In this document: positions 15,001 to 20,453 of the stretch, one piece after another | Numbering within the stretch: the stretch's first letter is position 1 | Layout of the letters: each line of letters opens with the position of its first letter | From: Cenarchaeum sp. | GTDB taxonomy: Archaea; Thermoproteota; Nitrososphaeria; Nitrososphaerales; Nitrosopumilaceae | DNA length: 64,000 bases | NCBI GenBank assembly: GCA_963693095.2 | Contig: OY843768.1 | Span: 544,001-608,000 of the forward strand | Direction of reading: 5' to 3' | The notes under the pieces: generated by a model | What the model was told of the DNA's origin: nothing | The model's input: the letters and a program-made list of their open reading frames with translations, nothing else | The model's database searches: none | Translations under genes and position numbers: made by a program

Positions 15001-18000
15001 CGCAAGGCGGCGTCCCGACGTCGACTGTGGCGACGCCCGAGACGACAACGGGAGCCGATGACGCAGTCACGCCTGGCATACCGTCGAGCCCGGCGGCCAC
15101 GCAGCTCCTCATCACGCACCCCGCACTCTCCTCGACGGCGGCGACGCCGCGCGTCGACTACGCCGGAGGCGACCTGAGGGTCAGCGGCGTCAAGGTGCCC
15201 AACATGGGCGTCGAGGCAGCGGACGGGATAATGCCCACTGCCAAGGCGGCCTTTGTGGGCCGCACGCTGACGGTAACGTTCAGCGAGCCGGTCAACGGCG
15301 TGCCGGCCACGCTGCAGGTCACGCCGCCGGGAGCCGCGGCGACCACGCCGACGTTCGACCACAACGACGGCGACAGCACGGCCACGGTGACGCTGGGTGA
15401 GGCCACGGCGGTAGGGACATGGCGCGTCGCCATACCGTCGGCCGTCACCGACTCGAGAGGCAACCCCGTTGCGTCTGGCACCGTGGCCGAGGCGGTGGTC
15501 TTGGCTGCGCCGGGGATTGATGGAGATCCAGAGTTCACGGCCCTTCCGCCCACCGGTGATGCCCTGCGGCCGTTCCCGTACCAGAACCATGCCCGCATAG
15601 GCGACCGGATACAGGTCACGCTCTCGCTCGACGGGAACGTCAGGACGCCTCCGACGATCGTCTTTGTGGGCAAGACCGACGATCCGAGCACGCCGCTAGT
15701 CGACGAGTCGGGCATGGTGCCCATGACGCGGGGTGCGGGCGCGCGCGAGTGGACCGCGAGGTACACAGTCGAGACCAGGGAGCAGAACCCTGGCCTGGCC
15801 GACGGCGCTTTCACGTACATTGCCACGGTCACAAGCGACACGGGTAACGAGGGCACCATTACTGGATCAGGCACTGCCGTTCCGCTAACGATCGACCGCA
15901 CGCCGCCGACGCTCTCCTCGGCGGCCACGAAGACGACGGGGACGCTGGCAGTCACGCTGTCAGAGACCGTCACGGGAGCCGGCGTCACCACCGAGTGGTC
16001 GGCAGCCGACGGCGGCACGGCGGCGATGGTCACCGGCGTGGGCGTCTCGGGCAGCACGGTGACGCTCACGTACGGCACGGTCGACGACACGTCATTCACG
16101 CCGACAGTGAGGTACACCGGCACGGGCCTGCTCGACTTGGCCGGCCACGCCATAGCGCTTGATGACACGACGTCTGAGGCCACGATAGCTGCCACTGACG
16201 GCGTAAAGCCGGCCATAGAGCTCGCCACGTTCACGGCGCCCAACAGGATATCGGTGGCGTTCAGCGAGGCCGTGGACGACGTCTCCTCGGAGGGGACGGC
16301 CGACTGGACCGTGACTGCAACGGAAGGCGACCTCACGGTGAACAGCGTCGGCTTTGACTCTCCGGCGACGTACACGCTCACGCTGGGTACCAGCGCGGTG
16401 ACTGAAAGGACATACACCGTCAACGTCGCCGACACGATCGACGACCTTGCCACGCCGACGCACAACAGGGTCGAGGCCGGCGAGTCTGCCATGGTGTCGT
16501 ACACGGTGCCGTTCTTTTCGGCCGAGACGAGATCCGACAGGACTGTCCTCGTCACGTTTGGCGGCTCGCTCACGGGCACGACGGCGCCATCGGAGTGGCG
16601 CGTTGGCACGGCGATGCCTGAGCGCATCGCGGTGGGGAGCGGCAGTGCTGTTCAGGGCACGTCGACGCTGTCTGCTGACGCAGAGATCACGCTCCACCTG
16701 GCAGGCGATGACGCGCTGGCCCACACGTCGGCCACGCCCACGGTGTCGTACACCAGGCCGACTGGCACGGGCGCCAACACGCTGAGAGACGCCGGCACCA
16801 TCGCGCAGGGCACCGCCGGCACGCCAGTCACGGTGACGGCGACGGACAAGGCCCCGCCGACGTTCACGGCGCACACGCTGACGACGGCGACGATAACCGT
16901 CACGTTCAGCGAGCTGATACACAACACGAGTTCACACAATAATCACACCCCCTGGCGAGCCGTGGGGAACTGGGACGTGGACGGCGCCGCGCCAAGCGCC
17001 CTGACCGCGGCCAACGTTACGCAGGGCGGTCCCACGCACACGGTCTTTACGCTCACCGTGGCGACCCTTGGCGTGGACGACATGCCCACGGTCACCTATA
17101 GCCGCCCCGCCTCCAACTATCTCGCCGACGCGCTGTTTGCCAGCAGATTGTCAGAAGACAATGCCAATAACAACCCGATTCCGGACGGCGCGTCGGCGAT
17201 AGCCTCTGACGGCATCGCCGCCACGGTAGACCCCTTCACGGCCGCCACGAGAAGCCTCACGACGACGCTCGTCACGTTTGACGGCGGCGCGCTGGCCGGC
17301 ACCCTCGACGTGGACGATTGGACGGTCACGGACAACGACACCGGCTCGGCCGACGCGGAGCCGGCGATATCGAGCGTGGCGACGGTGGCCGCCTCCGGCT
17401 CGGTGACGGCGACGCCCGAGACCTCGGCGGGGGCCGGTGATGCGGTAACACCGGCCATACCGTCGAGCCCTGCGGCTACGCAGCTCCTCATCACGCACGG
17501 GCCGCTCTCCTCGACGGCGGCCACGCCGCGCGTCGCGTACGCCGGAGGCGACCTTGACGAGGGGAGCGCCGACGTGGCCGACGGCGGTGCCGACGCGACT
17601 GACGGCGCGCCGCCGACGTTCACGGCCCATGAGGCGACTGAGGCCGAGGAGGCACTCGTCGGCGTCACGGACGACGACGGCCGCGCGCTGTACGCCGTCT
17701 ACACGGCCCGCATGTCCGAGGCGATGGACGCGACGGACTTTGCGACAACGCCTAGCGGCGCGGACGGGCAGTGGGCCGTGACGCTCGGGACGGCCACAGC
17801 GGCAGTCGACAGGGTCGCCCGCGCCGCCGCGGCCGACCCGGCGCCCGACAGGGTCGTCGTCAGGTCGTCCTCGACGTTCACGCCGCTGTTCCCGATCCCG
17901 GAGGGCAGCCCGACGCTGACGTACACGATGTCCTCCGCAGCCCTGGCGCTGGCCGACGCGGCCGGCGTGCAGATGAAATCGCCGACGAGAGCGGCGGTCA

Positions 18001-20453
18001 CGCCGGCACCAGTCGTGCCGCCGTTTGCCGCCGAGACGCGCAGCGCAACGACTACGCTCGTGACCTTTGACGGCGGCGACCTGGGCGGAGCGCTCGCAGT
18101 CGCCGACTGGTCGCTCGTGGACAGCGAGGGGCTGGTGTCGAGCCTGGTCGCGCTGGTCGTGGAGACCGTCACGACCGACCCCGCCGACTCTGTCAGGTCG
18201 AACACGGTCGGCACGCCCCACGGCGCGGCGGTGGCCTCGGTGCAGGTGGGCGCGTCGCCGGCCGTCACGCAGATCCTCATCACGCACCCCGAGCTCTCCT
18301 CTACGGCGTCCACGCCGACGGTCTTGTACAGGGGGACGGGCCTGACCGAGGGCGGGACCGCCGTGACGCTCGGCGACGCGGTGGCAGCCGACGGCGCGCC
18401 GCCGACGTTTGAGGCCGAGCTGGCCTCGGCGAGCACCGTGAGGATCATCTTTAGCGAGCGTGTCAACGGCACGACGGCGCAGGGCGAGTGGGCAGTGGCT
18501 GGCTCTGTGGTCAGCTCGGTCGCGCCGCCCGCGGCCACGGAGGTCGTCCTCGCGCTCGCCTCGGCGCGTGCAGGCACCGACCTCGGCGGCCTGGACGCCT
18601 CGGGCGTCACGTACACGCGCCCGACGGTGGGCGCCAACACGATCCAGGATGACGCGGACAACCACCTCGCCACCAATGCGGGCGACACGGTGACAGCAGA
18701 GCACGTTACTGACAAGATCGCCCCGACGGCGACGGTGACTGCGACTGTGAGGCTCGAGGGCGAGGGTGCTGACCATGCGACAGTCACAACGGCCGGAATC
18801 GACGACGACGTCCGCATCAACGTCGTGGCCAGCGAGCCGCTAGTCACGACCGTCGGTGACATTGCGCTCTTTGGGACGTCGACTGACGCCGACTCGGTGG
18901 ACACTGCGGCGGGCAACGCGTACTCGTACGTGCGCACGATACTCGACTCGGACGCCAGCGGTCCACTTGCGTTTACCCTGACGATAAGCGACAGTGAAGG
19001 CAACGAGGCGACGCTCACGCAGGCCGACGTGGCCTCGAACGTGACAGTCGACTCTGACGCGCCGACGTTCAGCGCAAGCCTCACGTCGGCTAGCACGGTA
19101 AAGATCACCTTTGGCGAGGACGTCGACGGCACGACGGCGTTCGGCGAGTGGGCAGTGGCCGGCTCGGCCCCCGAGTCGCTCTCGCTGACAGAGGACGGGA
19201 CGGCCGTGACGGGCGACCTGTCGATCACCACGGCCACCGGCGAGCTCTACATCACGCTCGCCGTCGCGCGCGCAAGCACCGACCTCGGCGGCCTGACTGC
19301 ATCGGGCGTCACGTACGCCCCCCGCAGCACGGGCGCGCTGGCCGACGTGGTGAACAACGCGTTCGTGACAGTCAGCGGCAAGGTTGCGGCCACGGCCGTA
19401 GCCGACAGGGCGCCGCCGACGCTCATCGCCGAGAGGCCGTCGCTGGACCGCACAAGCTATACCCACACCGTGACCTTCTCCGAGCCGGTAATGCTGGCGT
19501 CAGGCAAGGCGCTGCCCGAGCCGGCGGACTGGGAGTTCTCCGGCCGGACCAGCCTGGGAGACAACCCTGTGACGTTTGCAGCCCAGACGGGAGCATACAG
19601 CTCCGAGGCGGCCCTTGGCTATGCCATCGACCTGGGCACAGACGACAGGGTGACGCTGGTCCCGCAGGAGCCCTCAAGAAGGGACCAACGCGTTAATGGC
19701 GCTCCCGCGTTCAGGCAAATCGCCCCGGCCACGGTCATGATCACCTTTGACGCGCAGGCCGACGGCAGGGTCGGCTCGATCGTCGACGCCGAGGGCAACG
19801 CGCTGGCCGAGGGGGTCTCGACGCCGGTGGGCGACTTTACGGCGCCGACGTTCACGGCCAGGACGCAAAGCCTGACGGTCACGGAGGTCTCGTTCAGCGA
19901 GGCCGTCACGGGCACGGCGCGAGCGCAGGACTGGTCGGTCTCCGGAACGCAGGTCACCGGCGTCTCTGACACCCGTGGCGGCGCAGGCTCGGCCACCCTC
20001 GAGCTCACCGGCGAGTCGTTGATGTACCTCGTCCACGCCGACCTCGCCTCGACTGGCGACGAGCCGGCGGTGTCGTACACGCGCCCGTCCGTGTCGGGGA
20101 CAGGAACGCTGGCCGATCCTGCGTCCAACGCCATGGGCACCGTCGGCACGGCGCTGGAGGCCACGGCGGAGGACGGCATTGCGCCGCTCTTGGAAGGCGC
20201 GGCGCTTGACGCCACGACCAACACGATAACGCTGACGTTCGGCGAGGGCCTGAGCCGAGCACGGCCACGGCGGCCAACATCGCAGTCTATGGGTTCGAGC
20301 CGCCGCGGACCCGCACCGCCTCGGCGCTACAGCTTGACGCCTCGCACGGCACGGCCGGCGTCCTCTACGCGGCCGGCTCGTCAGACTCTGATGACTCGAC
20401 GGTCTCGGTCAGGCTCCCGGCCGCCGACACGAGCGGCGCGTACAAGGTCGTAG
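3..20453 (+). CDS. Giant repetitive surface protein, 5' part (5'-partial; Ig-like/SwmB-like repeat modules); ends in an out-of-frame tail after a frameshift
   Basis: This is the 6814-aa ORF in the track. The frame is already open at position 3 (ATC GAC GTG = I-D-V-P-N-G-V-T-D-R-A-V-P-P-N). That sequence matches the end of an internal module (compare YTVGVPTELADRASPPN at ~1620), so the GTG at 9 is an internal Val and the real start lies upstream. It contains dozens of T.V.FSE...D.AGN and HARAGD modules. The last ~66 aa (SRARPRRPTS...) break the composition and are frameshift read-through up to TAG at 20451-20453. Confidence 0.93.
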   Translation: MDVPNGVTDRAVPPNPITRDTKAGATYNALPLGPFSASTESVTVTHVMLRTAASGTLDVRHWTITDDDDGDASTSEARTISGIALGLGDNAPVVRNVDLATTPLELVTLAGQQTHVVGDVTETTLVITHAALDSAASTPSVAYTPPADPATPSLGGVTAHVAEAADGIAPSFTAVTAGLTETSVTFSEAVALPTSGLAAGWAVDGTAVSLAGRQPDGTFTLVHGPLASPAATPTVSYTGTASPVADLAGNALAAAGTTVSAVASDRTGPSFDAAAPPRFSGTDIVITFDEAIVALGTPTPPVALTNALTGSTVQATPVISGRVLTLDAGTSPDEGTWGVLVPPTIVDAVGNARTMSASTAGVTYPEDTSAPTLASARLATPTSIIVTFSEAVTLRTDLAEPAASSWSLSGGGDLTARSIRDGKVEIASDSLLPSLTGVPAGTMLTINSAGSISDLALPPNAPLAPASIALVDGAAPIALTAAFSGPTVLDVTLSEPVRTAGTWSITAPEGNLVVTSAVEGSTPSVVRLTVSGVTDGATYTVGVPTELADRASPPNTYIRASSVTVTYTDTPAQFTAATSSVRTTVVTFESALGGAINVNGWAVTDDDDSDPATGENRMISSIALGTAGNAPRATQSGAHTIGGTSTVTTLVITHAPLSKTDSTPQISYDGSTGALTAGGTAVARSAAEATDGARPVIDVVHITGLTSMVVQFSEPMVGSTRAGSWIVGDEEDPSGDSLKDVREFLLPDSDPVLRLSIPPSSPLSEIALVTKQLSSTQIGYYEGKRDVDYGATLEYTGTALTDVAGNALRVGAEELKVPRERMLDRAAPEANTVNLDVSRARLADADPTVGYGTLLVKAGDTVLVRPEILSYTPNGPDAPNCRLPEPQCADQPYAMESATVKYFATDTSRPLSYDADNDNWTHTLTVTTDVPEGRLVPVFTTIDTPVGNEVTFTQGTDCTRDLNARAAACVEGHPDDEITESRFAALWPIVDHDPPTVVSATMTSTTTTVVTFSEIVRFNGGTAAERAGHWAIKNAGAQAATGSVSISGKVMTMSHAPLPTGATPTLEYALGTSAAGRVVDRIARELAAITPQSPVMVADSVPPTLVSVLQQLPTRTIHATFSEALDASTVSGTTVYLEAGDTTSTGRTTPVAGVTVAPVTGSPETVALTLPLAAADAQYTLRATTDIGDASPASNSPAADLVDTVTVDTMVPLATAISYTVLEADSQGALSARAAPYSNHARAGDTIRLTVTLNQDAVEPPTILLDGKTDDPGTTADDANTVTMTRATAGDETRWTVDYVVLAGAGEPADGPFEFMMSVSDGAMPTPNMTVVTGSAGHVPSYAAPSRPIIDRAAPTLVSAKSTTTSDVVLTFNEALTGTVSRADLSLSGATSGNPAKIITSSGAEADSYTLSGLPLSFTLRHDELGHTGGGVRVAYTASATRLFDVAGNELATFSATPAADEVRPTVRNASFEIGGGAILATFSEAMGTPAAGWVAIDAALGTLGDITLDDTRTRLRAEVGTAAMANTRYVIAITTSAADDAAVPNTLATRAVYFLDGPPVSLGVTSMDVRVLREASPNDGVENLVARTGAHAQHAMAGDTIEISVVLDTAAQAGDDHAPRASFLGGVAVGMEEVTSGSPAPAARTAWTARHTVAAADAEGPAAFEVSAVRTRSVTNPISGDAEDVMTTGIATQEAITGAAGNAIIDTTAPAVAGARFAGTSAILVEFGEPITAAPATVRVSSPDGDDAGDDADVADAAVTHVPPSRSISLAVTQASDGDTYSAMLPATILDRAGNALVAVSRDVTFSDGPYVTGARTLDATRTLVTFSEAVGGTAVRLEWTLTEGSTRVAVDGIAAGEAASVATATTTQITGSPTSITLLHDALSSTAATPTVEFVRSGGASMTDAAGADPLLGTSAPLPVAVDGAPPAILSATFADVSTLDISFSEPIDRTLTTPSEWTADNGLTVDSVMDGMDSARVRLEVSPPAASLVPYTIGLPDELRDLAIAPNSVVEGTTATVTYSGTAPFGATTSDTTTTLVTFASAPSGTIDVDDWKVIDDDGTDRVISRIALGTADGAPAATGGDSAQAHTIAQGSTALVLAVSHESILPSSTPIVVYVAPGSGGLSVGTTPVASGGVEATDGIVPVAGATFGIPPTIRVAFSEILSGTPLEIEGYAYTVTVPDGATGIVDGDSLPDAVALKQGAGAVSYDADTMVLTITLASTATVGVDYTVRLPDVTGLRDMAGNALASRELEVAYVITRAIVGGAIDNVTYDGTAAASLTVQSLSGSGLTPAEFAALTTAARERLASGESQISRATFGLPFGLERPAASSVDVTEWSVIEGAEGDVDSSCARVAGAGTERDVLSVVAVRDDTIIFEHGALSQTSSRAHAIYSPDAAPSVRALASCAYMADANSLVRLEVRTASATPLGYPVDRLVAEFSEPVLAPDGFNLGLGIRHAPIAGVLGILDVDRMTNLSTTVPVATVLITPAEYAFRLAPHPPTGTAATWDTYQYELFSQTSFRAPTRADGTSVLAGPTAPQGGVLDGLPPAPVGAHAVSGSTATVTFSEAPAASSFDGAGDDDAAVTVLDSARNAREVTGTSLSGSVLTITTSTPPQATDTIEVVGVADGAGNVASRPEILATTRASATVTVVTLSERVSGSTAALQWLVGTGADRARATGVAAGEAASVTADAAQDGGTAVPVTFEDTLTLLHAAHAGPGAPEVEYVRFDDERLRSSGVALGEPFPPVPVVTGAQTVSLETTVVTLNTEVTGSTSARQWTITDSASGATSARALGVAPGDVTDGATAPTADTALDGSTPVSVSSSTITLLHAPLSSAASTPVVSYAHTGTERLSTLGGTLAATASPHVTATDGIAPASLASFEGYRTIRVAFGEALSATPSEIAGYAYTVTVPDGATGIVDGDDLPDEVAVLAASTSYDAATFTLSLVLAGFATDGVTYTVGLPDEAGLNDMGGNAPATGGLGAEYDAPPPDTVAPTIVSATLTSASGIRVVLSEATIGSVVPSEWDAGEGTTIASGTLSGSTLTLVIDPPRRSTGVEAGVVLAYAGSSIIDLSPEANALVDGSSPLVDGAPPMATAIAVSLPGHSPSTHTSAALVRFSEPVSEKSGSDKPDSDKPDSDKPGSGESAPLTSEINPGTPNSATPRHVAPSFIDRGLPSVSTLLAADDKITTVELSDTVSAAIVFPPNLGTNAINLAGGTSMSIGGPADSAGNVLPTTTIVVGAQELAPPTFSATATGLTTTVVTFSDRIAGTTLNTDWRVAGSVASSVSPALSYGPSTSSLIRPVWTTELTLTHAPLTSPYTPTVSYTQPSGQRAVLLYDDHRNAIASASTVATNAVRIPLEATVRTVDATTTQLTFALALAGTIDVRNWAVLDDDDLDPATSEARVVSGIALGTADGAPAATIGQPHTIAAGSTETVLLITHDDLSSTSSTPTVTYTALDSGGLRFGTLPILTGTLEAADGAPPEVVSASFTSGESMAVTFSEDVTEVTTVDTGDGWTVTGTANLFVTEAERTGPATYTLTLLAGAVSGRTYTVNAANGINDLADPANTIGDAASATATYMTPFSAATQTLTTTVVTFQSAPSGRLNLLQWTVTDDDDGDTGTSEARAISSLVLGSVSVDASLQTSAPIGTSSTAAEMTITHAALSSTGSTPTVTHNIDRMAFEQGGPGNPTGLSVPYHVAEAADRVLPTFEAELTSASTVRILLAEAVTGATAPAEWAVGGSSVASLSLAADGDPETGSLAISTATDELFITLESARASTALGGLTAPGVTYTRPSTGTNTIEDAARNALGTAGTAVAATALEDKAPPTFTVKGSNSDNFDFTHTVTFSEPVMLAAGKDEPTHDDWTFTGSGRSSDRRIRGGTFAITPGAYSAPDLDANSPASGYTLSLDEDKATMVPERGFYGRRSISFDRIIGTITLTFSATHADRMGSIVDANNNALADGTSVATEQDTTAPDFTAVTASLTSTRVLFTEAVTGTARATDWSISDGGSTIAITGIQGLTPGGVPTSVTELLNPGSILFLHNTLDSTGSMPTVSYTRPSVPGAGELKDRADNYMGTAGTALQRVAADGITPVANAGRFTEANIVEVDFSEAMAVPTTPTLTATLEGTGTAIMDDGSPTLSTPTGGVADSRLTFTLVSNAAPGAHTLDLSTAIKDANGVRVAGTAELSGVRYENVGPTLVRAQFAADSQSATLLFNEAIRSPLPAGLTFTPDATPAITVGTPSLDDRTITIPVTSDITGADDETVYVLRVGGTGAIEDLLGNDYDASSPVRITYDSTAPTFTAEITGPRTIVLTFTDILAPETVTSPNFSVRSTDGPVQLGGTSRVDYTAGERTVTLNLQGDASAAVHTVTPTAGLANAAYLPYAAGGVVATRADAPTATGVAYAVLEGTTGTARASPYESHARAGDTIRLSITLGGEARSASVLFVGKTDPADAVAMTRVGSTNEWRAPYVVETTGDIDGAFTFDATVTAASGATSTLDEATFATPAPPTIDRVAPVATVTTSVRLKDASADSASGTAASIGDEVRVNVAANEPLITSNGDIALFGRTGGSVVDADSVDVGTSNAYSYVRTIVDSDASGPLAFSLMIRDRAGNTSALTQANVASNVEVDVDAPELSSAATTSTTMLTVTLSEAVTGTSVDGDWAVAGATNVAVSPFSGSTTTITLTYTDTEDTSFAPTVTYSGTALADSARNALGTGQVTAADGVAPAVTRVEFAADGNGVTLTFGEALGALPSGVTFALTSADAQDPTAGTASSSGSAVTIPLAPGVSGAADGTVYTLTVGGAGAIEDANGNAYVPDPANDPIEVTYDTTAPTFSAEFTGARTIVLTFDDVLAAATVVAANFGVTVPNAVSGGVPVSVALDSTNPVAHTPGSKTVTLTLAGDATRDVVHTITPTTSLTNAAHVAYGTAGVTAAFEPSMITASAVGLTTTLVTFSVSAQGDALSGTLDVDNWTVTENDAADAAANVALRTLSVATAQGGVPTSTVATPETTTGADDAVTPGIPSSPAATQLLITHPALSSTAATPRVDYAGGDLRVSGVKVPNMGVEAADGIMPTAKAAFVGRTLTVTFSEPVNGVPATLQVTPPGAAATTPTFDHNDGDSTATVTLGEATAVGTWRVAIPSAVTDSRGNPVASGTVAEAVVLAAPGIDGDPEFTALPPTGDALRPFPYQNHARIGDRIQVTLSLDGNVRTPPTIVFVGKTDDPSTPLVDESGMVPMTRGAGAREWTARYTVETREQNPGLADGAFTYIATVTSDTGNEGTITGSGTAVPLTIDRTPPTLSSAATKTTGTLAVTLSETVTGAGVTTEWSAADGGTAAMVTGVGVSGSTVTLTYGTVDDTSFTPTVRYTGTGLLDLAGHAIALDDTTSEATIAATDGVKPAIELATFTAPNRISVAFSEAVDDVSSEGTADWTVTATEGDLTVNSVGFDSPATYTLTLGTSAVTERTYTVNVADTIDDLATPTHNRVEAGESAMVSYTVPFFSAETRSDRTVLVTFGGSLTGTTAPSEWRVGTAMPERIAVGSGSAVQGTSTLSADAEITLHLAGDDALAHTSATPTVSYTRPTGTGANTLRDAGTIAQGTAGTPVTVTATDKAPPTFTAHTLTTATITVTFSELIHNTSSHNNHTPWRAVGNWDVDGAAPSALTAANVTQGGPTHTVFTLTVATLGVDDMPTVTYSRPASNYLADALFASRLSEDNANNNPIPDGASAIASDGIAATVDPFTAATRSLTTTLVTFDGGALAGTLDVDDWTVTDNDTGSADAEPAISSVATVAASGSVTATPETSAGAGDAVTPAIPSSPAATQLLITHGPLSSTAATPRVAYAGGDLDEGSADVADGGADATDGAPPTFTAHEATEAEEALVGVTDDDGRALYAVYTARMSEAMDATDFATTPSGADGQWAVTLGTATAAVDRVARAAAADPAPDRVVVRSSSTFTPLFPIPEGSPTLTYTMSSAALALADAAGVQMKSPTRAAVTPAPVVPPFAAETRSATTTLVTFDGGDLGGALAVADWSLVDSEGLVSSLVALVVETVTTDPADSVRSNTVGTPHGAAVASVQVGASPAVTQILITHPELSSTASTPTVLYRGTGLTEGGTAVTLGDAVAADGAPPTFEAELASASTVRIIFSERVNGTTAQGEWAVAGSVVSSVAPPAATEVVLALASARAGTDLGGLDASGVTYTRPTVGANTIQDDADNHLATNAGDTVTAEHVTDKIAPTATVTATVRLEGEGADHATVTTAGIDDDVRINVVASEPLVTTVGDIALFGTSTDADSVDTAAGNAYSYVRTILDSDASGPLAFTLTISDSEGNEATLTQADVASNVTVDSDAPTFSASLTSASTVKITFGEDVDGTTAFGEWAVAGSAPESLSLTEDGTAVTGDLSITTATGELYITLAVARASTDLGGLTASGVTYAPRSTGALADVVNNAFVTVSGKVAATAVADRAPPTLIAERPSLDRTSYTHTVTFSEPVMLASGKALPEPADWEFSGRTSLGDNPVTFAAQTGAYSSEAALGYAIDLGTDDRVTLVPQEPSRRDQRVNGAPAFRQIAPATVMITFDAQADGRVGSIVDAEGNALAEGVSTPVGDFTAPTFTARTQSLTVTEVSFSEAVTGTARAQDWSVSGTQVTGVSDTRGGAGSATLELTGESLMYLVHADLASTGDEPAVSYTRPSVSGTGTLADPASNAMGTVGTALEATAEDGIAPLLEGAALDATTNTITLTFGEGLSRARPRRPTSQSMGSSRRGPAPPRRYSLTPRTARPASSTRPARQTLMTRRSRSGSRPPTRAARTRS
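6470..6750 (+). repeat. Module duplicated at ~8662-8935 (IRVAF.E.LS.TP.EI.GYAYTVTVPDGATGIVDGD.LPD)
   Basis: The DNA is near-identical in part, e.g. ggggtacgcgtacaccgtcac.gttcc.gacggcgccacggg in both copies. Confidence 0.8.
9371..9445 (+). repeat. In-frame 15-bp tandem repeat x5 (SEKSG-SDKPD-SDKPD-SDKPG-SGESA)
   Basis: The units are ctcagaaaagtcagg / ctcagacaagccaga / ctcagacaaaccaga / ctcagacaagcccgg / ctcaggcgagtcagc. Confidence 0.9.
11481..13190 (+). repeat. ~1.7 kb five-module block duplicated at ~27221-28936
   Basis: The modules are collinear (…DTTAPDFTA…, TPVANAGRFT…, PTLV.AQFA…, APTFTA.ITGPR…) and share long DNA tracts such as actcgcgcctgacgttcacgctggt and ccaacgccgcatacctgccgtacgccgccggcggcgtcgtggccacgcg. 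Confidence 0.88.
16505..16860 (+). repeat. Module duplicated at ~38490-38842 (PFFSAETRSDRTVLVTF…TAPSEWRVGTA.P)
   Basis: Both copies share tgccgttcttttcggccgagacgagatc and have collinear protein sequence. Confidence 0.8.
17229..18470 (+). repeat. ~1.2 kb block duplicated at ~49499-50745; related single modules at ~24375-24780 and ~26830-27220
   Basis: 17241-17535 and 49511-49805 are 295 bp long with about 6 mismatches by eye. The block continues through the AEE.LVGVTD.DGR…YTARMSEAMDA and PPFAAETRSATTT modules. Confidence 0.9.
19407..20185 (+). repeat. Two-module block duplicated at ~34645-35428 (APPTLIAERP.LDR…VMITFDAQADGRVGSIVDAEGNALAEG)
   Basis: Both copies contain the long identical tract ccggccacggtcatgatcacctttgacgcgcaggccgacggcagggtcggctcgatcgtcgacgccgagggcaacgcgctggc. 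Confidence 0.9.
20250..20257 (+). other. Single-base deletion (-1 frameshift) joining the two frames
   Basis: The sequence reads GGC CTG AG CCG AGC ACG GCC ACG GCG GCC AAC. Adding one G (CTG GAG CCG) or one C (CTG AGC CCG) gives FGEGL[E/S]PSTATAANIAVYGF. This aligns without a gap across the junction with intact paralogous modules FSEGLDSDTVIAANFAVRGF (~53870) and FSEGLLATTAVAANFEVRGF (~57630), each with six residues between GL and AAN. Confidence 0.9.

Noticed and set aside
20235-20260. Programmed -1 ribosomal frameshift or phase-variable tract
   Set aside because: There is no canonical slippery heptamer and no homopolymer longer than 3 at the junction. It cannot be fully excluded without reads or proteomics.
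20253-20453. Arg-rich C-terminal tail as a real anchoring or DNA-binding segment
   Set aside because: The -1 frame over the same bases encodes a normal module matching paralogues at ~53870 and ~57630.
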